NCBI GenBank assembly: GCA_016788185.1 | Contig: JAEUTF010000128.1 | Coordinates: 16,500-80,499 of the forward strand | DNA length: 64,000 nucleotides | From: Bacteroidia bacterium | GTDB taxonomy: Bacteria > Bacteroidota > Bacteroidia > AKYH767-A > OLB10 | Direction: 5' to 3' | Part shown: positions 9,357-19,142 of the stretch, piece after piece | Numbering within the stretch: the first letter of the stretch is position 1 | Layout: each line of letters starts with the position of its first letter | Translations under genes and position numbers: made by a program | The notes under the pieces: generated by a model | Seen by the model: only the letters and a program-made list of their open reading frames with translations | Database searches by the model: none | Told to the model about the DNA's origin: nothing

Positions 9357-11492
9357 ATGAAAACCTACGATGAAAAACACATTAAAAACGTGGCGCTGAT
9401 CGGCTCCGCGAAAAGCGGCAAGACCACCCTTGCCGAAACGATGTTATTTGAAGCCGGTATTATCAACCGGAGGGGTTCGGTGGAAGAAAAAAATACCCTC
9501 TCCGATTATCACGAAATTGAGCACGAAAGAGGCAGTTCCGTCTACGCCACTCCTCTTCATACCGAGTGGAAGGATTACAAAATAAACATCATTGATACAC
9601 CGGGCCTGGATGATTTCATCGGCGAGGTGATTTCCTCCATCCGGGTCTGCGATACCGCCGTCATCCTGTTAAATGCACAGCATGGAGTGGAGATCGGTAC
9701 CGAGATCATTTTTGACTATGTGGACAAGTACCGGCGTCCGACCATCCTTGCCATCAACCAGGTAGACCACGAAAAGGCAAACTTTCAGCAAGCGCTCGAG
9801 GAAGCGAAGAATTTTTTCGGTCCCGCCGTCACGCTGATGCAATATCCGCTTGAAACGGGGCCCGGCTTCAATGCCATCATCGACCTGCTGAAGATGACCA
9901 TGTACAAGTTTCCGGCAAACGGTGGGAAACCTGAAAAACTTCCCATTCCCGAATCGGAAAAGGAGCGCGCCAATCAGCTGCACAACGAACTGGTGGAGAA
10001 GGCCGCGGAAAACGATGAAAAACTGATGGAGCTGTATTTCGAAAAAGGCAACCTCGACGAAGATGAACTACGGGAAGGCATCAAAGCCGGGATGATGAAT
10101 CACCAGGTATTTCCGGTTTTCTGTCTCTCCGCCAAAAAAGACATGGGCAGCGGCCGCCTCATGGGCTTCATCGACAATGTGGCGCCTTCGGCGGTGGACA
10201 TGCCCGCAGAAATCCTGGAAGAAGGCCAGGAAATCAAATGCGACCCCAAGGCACCGACACGGCTCTTTGTTTTTAAAACCTATGTGGAACCTCATCTCGG
10301 AAAACTCTCCCTTTTTAAAGTCATGGCCGGAGAGATTGCGGCCGGCACTGATTTGTTCAATGAAAAAACAGGGGCCACGGAACGCATCGGCCAGTTGTTC
10401 ATCATGGATGGAAAGAACCGGAATTCGGTAGAGCGCCTGAAAGCCGGTGACATAGGCGCCACCCTTAAACTGAAAAACACACGCACCTCCGACACCCTGA
10501 ATGCAAAAGGAGCGGCCGGCAGCATTGATCCGATTCACTTCCCGGAACCCAAAGTCCGGACTGCTATTCTGGCTAAAAGTAAAAACGACGATGAAAAACT
10601 GGGCGAGGTGTTGCAGGAAATTCATGCGGAAGATCCCACCATCCTGGTTCAGTACGACAAAGAGACGCGTCAACTCCTGTTGTATGCCCAGGGCGAACTG
10701 CACCTGAGTGTGACGCGCTGGCGCCTGCAGCATGTGTATAAAATGGAGATCGAATACATAAAACCAAGGATACCATACCGCGAAACCATTCAGAAGCCCG
10801 CAGAGGCTTCCTACCGGCACAAAAAACAGTCGGGAGGCGCAGGGCAGTTTGGGGAAGTATTTATGCGCATAGAGCCGTTTTATGAGGGAATGCCGAATCC
10901 AAAGGATATTACGGTGCGGGATACCGAAATCCACGAATTACCCTGGGGCGGGAAAATGGTCTTTCTGAACTGCATCACCGGCGGGGTTATCGATTCCCGC
11001 TTCATGCCCAGTATTGTGAAGGGGGTAATGGAAAAAATGTCGGAAGGTCCGCTTACCGGCTCGTATGTACGCGATGTGAGGGTGGCGGTCTACGACGGAA
11101 AAATGCACCCGGTTGATTCCAACGACATCAGCTTTAAGATAGCCGGAATGATGGCATTTAAAGAAGCCTTTCATGCCGCCGAACCGCAGTTGCTTGAGCC
11201 GATTTACGATGTGGAAACCGAAGCCCCGGAGCATGTGATGGGTGACATCATGAGCGAACTGCAAACCCGGCGCAGCATCATCATGGGCATGGATAACCGG
11301 GGTGGATACCAGGTTATCAAAGCGCGCACCCCCCTGGCCGAACTCGACAAATTCAACAGCACCTTGCGAAGCATCTCCCAGGGGAGGGCGAAAGTAAAAT
11401 CAAATTTTGCGGAATATGCCCCGGTACCCGGTGAAATTCAAAAGAAACTCACCGAAGAATACCGGAAAACAGAACACGAGATGCATCATTGA
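9357..11492 (+). CDS. Elongation factor G paralogue (translational GTPase family) with atypical G motifs
   Basis: 711 aa. G1 GSAKSGKT, G3 DTPGLDDF, G4 NQVD. EF-G domains II-V are recognisable (LFVFKT..., GELHL, YRETI, HKKQSGGAGQFG, ...PVDS...FKIA). Confidence 0.9.
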   Translation: MKTYDEKHIKNVALIGSAKSGKTTLAETMLFEAGIINRRGSVEEKNTLSDYHEIEHERGSSVYATPLHTEWKDYKINIIDTPGLDDFIGEVISSIRVCDTAVILLNAQHGVEIGTEIIFDYVDKYRRPTILAINQVDHEKANFQQALEEAKNFFGPAVTLMQYPLETGPGFNAIIDLLKMTMYKFPANGGKPEKLPIPESEKERANQLHNELVEKAAENDEKLMELYFEKGNLDEDELREGIKAGMMNHQVFPVFCLSAKKDMGSGRLMGFIDNVAPSAVDMPAEILEEGQEIKCDPKAPTRLFVFKTYVEPHLGKLSLFKVMAGEIAAGTDLFNEKTGATERIGQLFIMDGKNRNSVERLKAGDIGATLKLKNTRTSDTLNAKGAAGSIDPIHFPEPKVRTAILAKSKNDDEKLGEVLQEIHAEDPTILVQYDKETRQLLLYAQGELHLSVTRWRLQHVYKMEIEYIKPRIPYRETIQKPAEASYRHKKQSGGAGQFGEVFMRIEPFYEGMPNPKDITVRDTEIHELPWGGKMVFLNCITGGVIDSRFMPSIVKGVMEKMSEGPLTGSYVRDVRVAVYDGKMHPVDSNDISFKIAGMMAFKEAFHAAEPQLLEPIYDVETEAPEHVMGDIMSELQTRRSIIMGMDNRGGYQVIKARTPLAELDKFNSTLRSISQGRAKVKSNFAEYAPVPGEIQKKLTEEYRKTEHEMHH

Positions 11493-11511
11493 ACCTTCTC
11501 TGAAACGGGGT

Positions 11512-11553
11512 ACCGGCTTCAGGGAATGCCGGTACCCCGTTTCCTTCCCTGCT
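11512..11553 (+). terminator. Candidate intrinsic terminator after the EF-G paralogue
   Basis: 16-bp perfect stem gaaacggggtaccggc / gccggtaccccgtttc with a 10-nt loop. The downstream tail is only moderately T-rich. Confidence 0.6.
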
Positions 11554-11728
11554 GTTTTTCACTTTGCCGATCAGGCCGGCAAGGACATAGTGTGTAAAAT
11601 ACAGCTTTAAGGTACTGAATGTCAATTTGTAAGACGAAAATAAAATAACATTGATGCGTTTATAACGTTCCTTTCGTAATTTGCATCTGCAGGGAGGATG
11701 GCGGTAATATTGTAAGAGGCCCATCGCT

Positions 11729-12595
11729 ATGAAAGAACCGGAATTAAAAGCACTGATCAGTTTACTGGATGATTCAGACCTGGAGGTCTTTTCGCACATT
11801 GAAGAGAAATTAATCAGCATCGGATCCAACGTGATTCCCTTGTTGGAAGATGCCTGGTCGAATGCCTTTGACCCGGTTTTACAACAACGTATCGCGTCGA
11901 TCGTTCATAAAATCCAGTTCGACACCTTGCTGGAGCAGATGAAACTCTGGATACACACCGGCAACGATGACCTGCTGGAAGGAGTAGTGCTGGTGGCCCG
12001 TTACCAATATCCTGAACTCGACAAAGAAAAGATCGCGCAATTTATCACACAGATTAAAAAAGATATTTGGCTGGAGTTGAATGAAAGCCTGACAGCCCTG
12101 GAGCAGGTGAATGTGCTGAATCATATTTTTTTCACCAAGTATGGCTTTGGCGGGAATACCAGCAATTATCATGCACCTCAGAATTCCTACATCAATTGTG
12201 TGGTGGAAAGCCGGAAAGGAAATCCCCTGGCTTTATCGGTACTGTATCTGCTGGTAACAAAATCCCTGGGCCTTCCCATTTACGGGGTCAATCTACCCGA
12301 ACATTTTATTCTCACTTACCTGGAGGTGCGCGAAGGGGAGGAGGGGAATACGGGAAGAATCCTGTTTTATATTAATCCCTTCAGCAAGGGCTCCGTTTTC
12401 GGGAAAAGCGATATTGATCAGTTCATTAAAAAACTGAACATTGATCCTCAAAACAGCTATTACCAGCCCTGCAGCCATCGTGACATGGTATTGCGGATGC
12501 TGCGAAACCTGGCGTTTTCCTATCAGAAACTGGGAGATACTGAAAAGGTAGAGGAATTGAATCAGATGATTGCTTTATTCAATGCACCCATTTAG
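11729..12595 (+). CDS. SirB1-like transglutaminase-like/TPR family protein
   Basis: Core NYHAPQNSYINCVVESRKGNPLALSVLYLLVTKSLGLPIYGVNLPEHFIL resembles the SirB1/YchA-type transglutaminase-like domain, with a TPR-like C-terminus. Confidence 0.65.
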   Translation: MKEPELKALISLLDDSDLEVFSHIEEKLISIGSNVIPLLEDAWSNAFDPVLQQRIASIVHKIQFDTLLEQMKLWIHTGNDDLLEGVVLVARYQYPELDKEKIAQFITQIKKDIWLELNESLTALEQVNVLNHIFFTKYGFGGNTSNYHAPQNSYINCVVESRKGNPLALSVLYLLVTKSLGLPIYGVNLPEHFILTYLEVREGEEGNTGRILFYINPFSKGSVFGKSDIDQFIKKLNIDPQNSYYQPCSHRDMVLRMLRNLAFSYQKLGDTEKVEELNQMIALFNAPI

Positions 12596-12603
12596 TACCC
12601 TCA

Positions 12604-13191
12604 TCAGGAAATTATTCTCACGACCGTCCGGAACAGGATTTTAATATCCGTGAAAAAATTCTGCTCCTGCATGTATTTCAGATTTAACTGCAGTTTGGTC
12701 GGCATGATTTCATTGACATAGGTGGTTTCCGGGTCGGCGGATTTACCGAGCAATTCATTTTCATTGGCGAAGGCAATCGAAGCGTAATCAGTAATGCCGG
12801 GTTTTATGTTCAGTACCTTTCTTTGTTCAGGGGTATAGAGGGATACATACTTCATCACCTCCGGGCGCGGCCCAACCAGACTCATCTCTCCGCGTAAGAC
12901 ATTAAAAAGTTGCGGAAGTTCATCCAGCTTGTATCTGCGCAGGTAATAACCCGCCCTGGTAATGCGCGGGTCGCGTCCGCCAACGGTCAGCAATCCCTTC
13001 TTGTCCGCATCGCTGTGCATGGTTCTGAATTTGAAAATACGGAAGGTTGTACCCTGCCAACCCACCCGCTCCTGCAGGTAAAAAACGGGGCCTTCACTGT
13101 CCAGTCTCACCCACAGCGACAACAAAAGCAGCAGAGGCGCCAACAGCAGCACCAGCAGCAGGCTCAGGGTGAAATCAAACAGCGGCTTCAT
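12604..13191 (-). CDS. Small monotopic phosphoglycosyl transferase (bacterial sugar transferase, PglC/WbaP C-terminal type)
   Basis: 195 aa with a single N-terminal hydrophobic helix, then [20 protein letters not shown] and [21 protein letters not shown] motifs. Confidence 0.9.
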   Translation of the reverse strand: MKPLFDFTLSLLLVLLLAPLLLLLSLWVRLDSEGPVFYLQERVGWQGTTFRIFKFRTMHSDADKKGLLTVGGRDPRITRAGYYLRRYKLDELPQLFNVLRGEMSLVGPRPEVMKYVSLYTPEQRKVLNIKPGITDYASIAFANENELLGKSADPETTYVNEIMPTKLQLNLKYMQEQNFFTDIKILFRTVVRIIS

Positions 13192-13201
13192 GCAGAATCA
13201 A

Positions 13202-14422
13202 TCAGGGAAGGTGCTTTTCAACCGCTTTTACCATAGCTTCCAGCACCCGCTTACGATCGGCAGCTTCGAGATGATAAAACACCGGCAGGGAAATCTCACG
13301 ACTGAAACTATCATAGGCCACAGGATAATCCTCCATGACATATCCCATTTTGCTGTAAAAACTCAGCCGGGGCAAGGGTATGAAATGTACATTGACACTG
13401 ACATCCTCATCAAAGACCGACTGGATGATGGCATCTCTCTGTTCTTCTGTGATTCCTTTGATGCGGAGTGCAAAAAGATGATAAGAACTTTCTCTTTCAT
13501 CGTCACGGAGAACAGGAAGTTCAGCCCAGGCATAACGTGATAATTCGCGGTAATAATATTCGCAGATTTCTTTTCTCCTGACCAGTGTTTCCTGATCGTA
13601 ACGGGCCAGCTCTACCAAACCAATGGCCGCCATGATATCGGTCATGTTGCACTTATAGCCGGCTTCGATGATGTCGTATTTCCAGTTGCCCTTCTGCATT
13701 TTGGCCAATGCATCCTTGTTCTGGCCGTGCAGTGTGAAAATACAGAGGTACTTGTACACCTCTTCGTTGTTGAACGGGGGCGGCAAATGCAGCGCGATCG
13801 CCCCGCCCTCGGCTGTGGTCAGATTCTTAACTGCATGAAAGGAAAAGACACTGGCATCGGCCCAGACTCCTGTATGCCTGCCCCGGTAGGAGGCTCCCAG
13901 CGAATGCGCCGCGTCTGACAAGATCATGATGCGCCCCAGCAATTCCTGGTTGGGACTTTCCGCCCTGAACAGGGCTTTCACCCTTTCCTCCTGTACAAGG
14001 TCCATGAGGGCGATGTAGTCACAGGGGAGTCCGCCAAAATCCACCGGCATGATCACCTTGGTCCGGCTGGTAATTGCCCCGGCCACCTTGGCCACGCTGA
14101 TGTTGAAATCGGAGGCATTGATGTCGACCAGCACAGGACGTGCGCCACAGTGAATCACCACATTGGCCGTTGCCGAATAGGTATAGGCGGGAAGAATCAC
14201 TTCATCTCCTTCCTTCACGCCAAACCATTTCAGCATCACCTCTAGTCCGGCGGTAGCGGAATTCAGACAAAGCGTGAAGGCATTGCCGTTGTACGCACTC
14301 AGGTTTTTCTCAAATTGCTTGGTGCGGGGGCCGGTGGTAATCCACCCGGATTTCAATGCTGCGGTAACTTCCCGGATGATTTCATCATCGATCCGGGGGG
14401 GAGAGAAGGGGATGAGGGACAT
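13202..14422 (-). CDS. DegT/DnrJ/EryC1/StrS-family PLP-dependent sugar aminotransferase
   Basis: 406 aa with SFHAVKNLTTAEGGA (PLP lysine context) and an N-terminal WITTGP..FE motif. Sits next to the initiating transferase, as in diNAcBac/FucNAc4N-type pathways. Confidence 0.9.
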   Translation of the reverse strand: MSLIPFSPPRIDDEIIREVTAALKSGWITTGPRTKQFEKNLSAYNGNAFTLCLNSATAGLEVMLKWFGVKEGDEVILPAYTYSATANVVIHCGARPVLVDINASDFNISVAKVAGAITSRTKVIMPVDFGGLPCDYIALMDLVQEERVKALFRAESPNQELLGRIMILSDAAHSLGASYRGRHTGVWADASVFSFHAVKNLTTAEGGAIALHLPPPFNNEEVYKYLCIFTLHGQNKDALAKMQKGNWKYDIIEAGYKCNMTDIMAAIGLVELARYDQETLVRRKEICEYYYRELSRYAWAELPVLRDDERESSYHLFALRIKGITEEQRDAIIQSVFDEDVSVNVHFIPLPRLSFYSKMGYVMEDYPVAYDSFSREISLPVFYHLEAADRKRVLEAMVKAVEKHLP

Positions 14423-14450
14423 GCTGGTATTTGATCCAAATTTATAACAA

Positions 14451-15683
14451 TCAGGTGGAAGGACTCTTTTGTGCGCTGCAGGAAATGAGTATACTATAGA
14501 AGAAAACGCAAACCAACACCCCTTTCTGCACTTCCAGGATCGACTCGGTCATGGCATTCAGGAGCAGGCTGAGCGTAAAAAGTGCCATCAGTGTATCGGT
14601 CTGCCTGCGGAACTGAAACAGGGGAGGTGCAAAAATCAAACACAAGGTGATCAACCCCGCCAGACCAAGGGCCAGCCAGCTTTGAAGAAACTGGTTATGT
14701 GCATTCAGCTTTTTCTCCAACGCATAGGTGAAGTGGTGTCGCTCGTAGGTACGAATGAGTTCATCTTTAATGTCGCCTGTACCCGTACCCCACAGCCAGT
14801 TCTCCTTTAAAATCTCCAGGCTCTCCTTCCAGATTTCGATTCGCCCGCTGGTGCTGTTATAAGCCGGCGTGTCTTCTTTTACCAGATCATGGCTGATGAC
14901 CTTTTCCACCTGGCTGAAGCGATTGTTGAGGTCCTGCAGAAAAAGATAAGAAATCAGGGTGAACAGGAGGATGGCAGCAAAATGCATCCGGCGTTTCAAC
15001 AGCAGGGCGCCTTCTCTCAGGTAGAAAAAACCTGCCAGCACAAAGACAAGAAAAGCCACCGCCTCAGCCGTTCTGGCCGATAAGAGAATCAACTGGATAA
15101 AGAGGAAGAGGATGGCCGCGCTGTAAAATTTCAGGCGCCCGGCATGCTCTTCCTTTTGCATCAGGTAAAACAAAAACAAGATCGCCAGGCCCATGTACAT
15201 CGACAGGTAGGTAGGATGCATCAGCAGAGAACTGTAGTCGATGTAAAAGAAAACGGTGTAGGATGCACCGGTGCTGAAATGCATAAAGGCATTTACCAGC
15301 AAGATCATGGAGGAAAGCAGGCAGCCGGACACGAAAGCCAGCAGGATTTGACGGCTTTCACGTTCAGAGATCCACATCGTTCCGGCAATGAATGGCAAGA
15401 GGAGGAAGGGCGCCTTGATTTGTAAATCTAGCCCGGCATATTTGAAATTCTCTGTCCACAGCAAGCCCAAAAGGTGGAGCGAAAAGAACAGAACGGGAGG
15501 CCATAGCATTTTACGGGTCCGGATCAGGCGGGACATTACTGCCCGTTCACGCGCATCTGAGAATCTGACGATGAAGAGGAGGAGGAAAGAGACGATGGAA
15601 ACCGGTTGAAAGACGGGCAGAAAGAAGGCGGCCAGCCCCAAAAGGCGAAGTATCCATGTTTTTGTTTGCTCTGCTGCTTGCAT
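14451..15683 (-). CDS. O-antigen polymerase/ligase-like (Wzy_C family) polytopic membrane protein
   Basis: About 10 predicted hydrophobic helices, a large periplasmic loop and a ...NAHNQFLQSWLALGLAGL... motif typical of the O-antigen ligase/polymerase domain. Confidence 0.75.
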   Translation of the reverse strand: MQAAEQTKTWILRLLGLAAFFLPVFQPVSIVSFLLLFIVRFSDARERAVMSRLIRTRKMLWPPVLFFSLHLLGLLWTENFKYAGLDLQIKAPFLLLPFIAGTMWISERESRQILLAFVSGCLLSSMILLVNAFMHFSTGASYTVFFYIDYSSLLMHPTYLSMYMGLAILFLFYLMQKEEHAGRLKFYSAAILFLFIQLILLSARTAEAVAFLVFVLAGFFYLREGALLLKRRMHFAAILLFTLISYLFLQDLNNRFSQVEKVISHDLVKEDTPAYNSTSGRIEIWKESLEILKENWLWGTGTGDIKDELIRTYERHHFTYALEKKLNAHNQFLQSWLALGLAGLITLCLIFAPPLFQFRRQTDTLMALFTLSLLLNAMTESILEVQKGVLVCVFFYSILISCSAQKSPST

Positions 15684-15689
15684 GATGTC

Positions 15690-16925
15690 CTATTCGCTCT
15701 GCTTTTTCAATTCAAGTTGAAAGGCCTCCATCCACTGCCGGGTAATGTTCTTCCTCAGAAAATATTGCTGCACATACGCCTTTCCGTTTTCTCCCATCGC
15801 ACGGGCCTCCTCCCTGTGTGTGGTCAGGTAGAGCAGGGCATCGCGCAAGGCGGCGGGGTTCTCCGGTTCGCTGAACAAACCGCATTGGCCCTGATCGATA
15901 AAGAGCTGCCTGGCTTCACCGTCCACGGCCAGCACTATGGGTTTCATGAGGGCCAGATTTTCAAATATTTTAGAAGGGATGGCTCCCAAAAAGAGGTCCA
16001 TCTTTTTTAGTGGAATGACGGCGGCATCAACTGCATGAACGATGAACGGCACTTCTTCGCGGGGTACCAGGTCAATGAAAATGACACGATCGAGATTTTC
16101 TTTCTCTTTCCGTAACCGCAGCCGCTCTTTTTCGGGTCCTTCCCCCAGGAGCAGAAATTTCACAGGACTCGCGGCAGGCAAGAGCGCCGATGCATCCAAA
16201 AGGATATCTAAACCCTGAGCGATACCGATGATGCCCGCATACAAAACCAGGAAATCGTCCTCTTTGAATCCCATTTTCCGGCGCCGGTCCGGATCAGGGG
16301 TGGCACTGAAAATAGTTTCATCCACTCCGTTGGGCAGCCAGTGCACCGTCTTCGCGGGGAAACGGGCTTTGATTTGCCGTACAATGCCCTGTGTCTGTCC
16401 GGTCACCATGAAGGCTTTACGGTAAAGGAATTCCTCGAGACGGGTAGCCAGGCGCAGGAAAAAAGTATTTCGGATCACTCCCAGCTTTTCTGCAGACTCG
16501 GGCCAAAGATCGCTTACATTGAATACAAACTTCGCTTTCTTTCGACGACTGATCCACCATCCGCTGATGCCCAGGAAGAGGGGAGGAGACTCACACATCA
16601 GCACATCGAAGGTGCCGGCAATGCGCCGGGATACGATCAGGGAAGAGAAGGTGAACGAAAAGTAGTTCAGCAGCCTTGAAACTATGGAGCGGTTCTTACT
16701 GACGTAAATCCAGGACCGGTATACGTTTATCCCGTCCCGCTGTTCCGTTACAAACCATTTCCGCCGGTAAGACGGATGAATCTCCATGGCAGGATAATTG
16801 GGCATGGCCGTCAGGATGCACACCTCGTGTCCCAGTTTATGCAGTTCAAGAGCCAGACCGCTGAGGCGGTTTTGCGGCGCTCCGGTCTCCGGAGGGTAAT
16901 ATTGGGTAAGGATGAGTATGCGCAC
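15690..16925 (-). CDS. Glycosyltransferase family 4, WbuB/WbjE-like
   Basis: N-terminus MRILILTQYYPPETGAPQNRLSGLA is characteristic of WbuB-type GT4 enzymes. C-terminal GT-B E-x7-E region (PSKIFENLALMKPIV). Confidence 0.85.
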   Translation of the reverse strand: MRILILTQYYPPETGAPQNRLSGLALELHKLGHEVCILTAMPNYPAMEIHPSYRRKWFVTEQRDGINVYRSWIYVSKNRSIVSRLLNYFSFTFSSLIVSRRIAGTFDVLMCESPPLFLGISGWWISRRKKAKFVFNVSDLWPESAEKLGVIRNTFFLRLATRLEEFLYRKAFMVTGQTQGIVRQIKARFPAKTVHWLPNGVDETIFSATPDPDRRRKMGFKEDDFLVLYAGIIGIAQGLDILLDASALLPAASPVKFLLLGEGPEKERLRLRKEKENLDRVIFIDLVPREEVPFIVHAVDAAVIPLKKMDLFLGAIPSKIFENLALMKPIVLAVDGEARQLFIDQGQCGLFSEPENPAALRDALLYLTTHREEARAMGENGKAYVQQYFLRKNITRQWMEAFQLELKKQSE

Positions 16926-16929
16926 CGCT

Positions 16930-17997
16930 TTATCCGATCAGTTCCTGAACAATGGCCCTTGCGGCATGACCTTTTCCGTAAAGATCACGTCCGAAATCAG
17001 GCTTTTGTGATTTCATTTTTTCCCAGGCCAGCAGGATCCGGGATTCCTCCGCACCGGCCAGTTCATTGTATCCTCCCTCCACCAGTTCCACCCACTCGGT
17101 CTCGTCGCGGAGGGTAATGCAACATTTGGAAAAAAAGAAGGCTTCCTTCTGCAAGCCACCGCTGTCGGTCATGACCATCCTGCAGTGCTTGATGAGTTCC
17201 AGCATATCAAAATAACCAACCGGTTCAATTACCCGGAAAGGTAAAGTTCTACCGCTTTGCTCCAGGATCTTCCGTGTACGGGGATGAAGCGGCAATACCA
17301 GCGGCGTTTCCTGATGAATTTTTTCGAGGGCATCCAGGATGGCCATGAGTCGTTTCGGCTGATCGGTATTTTCAGCACGGTGCAGTGTACACAACACGAA
17401 GTGTTCAAGATTCAGCTTCTGAATAATACCGGAACGAAGGGCTGATTTTCCGGCATAATACAAAGCGGCATCCTGCATGACATCTCCGCTTACCTTAATT
17501 TTCATGTGGGCAAAGGGATAGCCTTCCTTTTTCAGATTTTCATCAGCCTGCGCGGTCGGGCAGAACAAAAAGGTGGAAACACGGTCTGTCAGGATACGGT
17601 TCACCTCTTCCGGCATACGCATATTATAGGAGCGCAAACCTGCTTCCACATGCGCTACCGGGATGTGCAGTTTTACGGCGGAAAGTGCTCCTGCCAGCGT
17701 GGAATTGGTGTCGCCGTATACAAGAACCAGGTCGGGTTTCTGCTCTAAAAAAAGCTTTTCGAGGCCTTCCAGCATTTGACCGGTCATGGCGCCATGTCCG
17801 AGACCGTGAATACCCAGGTTAAAGGCCGGGCGAGGAATTTCCATCTCCTCAAAAAACACCTCCGACATGTTGGGATCATGGTGCTGACCCGTGTGCACAA
17901 TGTACTCCTTCACGCCCGCATGGTTCGAGAATTCCCTGCTGACCACAGCAGCCTTTACAAATTGCGGGCGTGCCCCTACGATGGTGAATATTTTCAT
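16930..17997 (-). CDS. UDP-N-acetylglucosamine 2-epimerase, non-hydrolysing (WecB/FnlC/WbjD-type)
   Basis: MKIFTIVGARPQFVKAA..., HTGQHHD, DSGGLQKEA motifs. Confidence 0.9.
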   Translation of the reverse strand: MKIFTIVGARPQFVKAAVVSREFSNHAGVKEYIVHTGQHHDPNMSEVFFEEMEIPRPAFNLGIHGLGHGAMTGQMLEGLEKLFLEQKPDLVLVYGDTNSTLAGALSAVKLHIPVAHVEAGLRSYNMRMPEEVNRILTDRVSTFLFCPTAQADENLKKEGYPFAHMKIKVSGDVMQDAALYYAGKSALRSGIIQKLNLEHFVLCTLHRAENTDQPKRLMAILDALEKIHQETPLVLPLHPRTRKILEQSGRTLPFRVIEPVGYFDMLELIKHCRMVMTDSGGLQKEAFFFSKCCITLRDETEWVELVEGGYNELAGAEESRILLAWEKMKSQKPDFGRDLYGKGHAARAIVQELIG

Positions 17998-18014
17998 TTG
18001 ATTGAAGGGCTGGT

Positions 18015-19142
18015 TTAGCGGGTTGTTTTATGAATGATGCGGGATGACAGCCGATGATACAGTTCCAGCAATCCTTTTTTCTCCTGTTGCCAGTTATATT
18101 CGGTACGTGCAAGTTGCAGATTTTTCCTGCGCATGGCCGTTGCCAGTGTATGGTCGTTGCTTAATTTCCTGATGGCCGCGGCGATGTCAGCCGGATCGGC
18201 CGGATCCACATAGAGGGCGCTGTCGCCGAAGAAATCCTTCCAGTAAGGGAAGTTGCTCATGATCACCGGCAATCCGCAAGCCATGTATTCAAAGGGCTTG
18301 GTAGCTAAGGTGGTGACATGATTAGGCACCGGCAGAAAAGTAATCACACCGATATCAGCGGCTTTGATGTAAGAGAATATTTCACTGGCTTCCACGACAC
18401 CAAGATACTTCACCCGATTCCAGCCTTCCAACTGCTCGCACTCCTGTCGAAATGACCCGGATTCAAAAGGGCCCAGGATCCACAATTCCGCCTGGTCGCA
18501 AAGGGCCATGGCGCGAATCAATTCCCTGGTGCCGCGAATGGCGGTGGCGCCACCCACATAAATCAGGGTTAGCTTGCTTTTGGGCAATGACAGATCCGGT
18601 ATGCTGTCGTAATCGGGGAGCACCGGGAAATTGCGCAGCGTTACCGGATGCAAATGAGGAAACAAGGCAGAGATATCGGGCCTTGCCGTGATCAATCCGG
18701 AGAAAAAGGGCAGGAGGATCCGTTCAAGATTTTTAATGATCAGGGAGAGGAGTTGACGCAAGAACTTTGACCTGACATAGGGCCTGGAAAGTATCGCAGC
18801 GGCATTGTTCTCGTGTACATCCATGATGACCATTTTGCCTTTCCACAACAGTCTTAAGCCCATCCACACCAGTTCCGGATCGTGTAAATGATAAATGTCG
18901 GCATTGGTGTTCCGTGCCACGCGGTAGGCATCCACAAAAGAAGTTTTGAAAAAACGCTTCATCCTGGTGCGATAGCCGGGGAACCCGATGATCGTTATAC
19001 CCTCCCTTTCCTGTGATGCAGCTCCGGCACATATCAGGCTCACCGCATAACCGGCATCGCGCAGGGAAGCACACTCTTTGAAAAAAATCCGGTTATCAAA
19101 GGGCTGGTGCACGGTGGTGATATGACAAACCTTAATCGCCAT
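18015..19142 (-). CDS. Glycosyltransferase family 4
   Basis: GT-B layout with an N-terminal HITTVH...R.F.KE motif and a C-terminal ...KPFEYMACGLPVI... E-x7-E-like region. Confidence 0.8.
   Translation of the reverse strand: MAIKVCHITTVHQPFDNRIFFKECASLRDAGYAVSLICAGAASQEREGITIIGFPGYRTRMKRFFKTSFVDAYRVARNTNADIYHLHDPELVWMGLRLLWKGKMVIMDVHENNAAAILSRPYVRSKFLRQLLSLIIKNLERILLPFFSGLITARPDISALFPHLHPVTLRNFPVLPDYDSIPDLSLPKSKLTLIYVGGATAIRGTRELIRAMALCDQAELWILGPFESGSFRQECEQLEGWNRVKYLGVVEASEIFSYIKAADIGVITFLPVPNHVTTLATKPFEYMACGLPVIMSNFPYWKDFFGDSALYVDPADPADIAAAIRKLSNDHTLATAMRRKNLQLARTEYNWQQEKKGLLELYHRLSSRIIHKTTR

Noticed and set aside
10068-10934. Long antisense ORFs inside well-supported genes: 10068-10934 in the EF-G paralogue, 23707-24678 in rny, 32922-33734 in the vWA-like gene, 51808-52470 in the giant ORF, and 19249-19833 and 20252-20788 in the glycan locus
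   Set aside because: Each lies entirely within a longer ORF whose product has clear family motifs. The antisense translations have no recognisable motifs and look like typical shadow ORFs.
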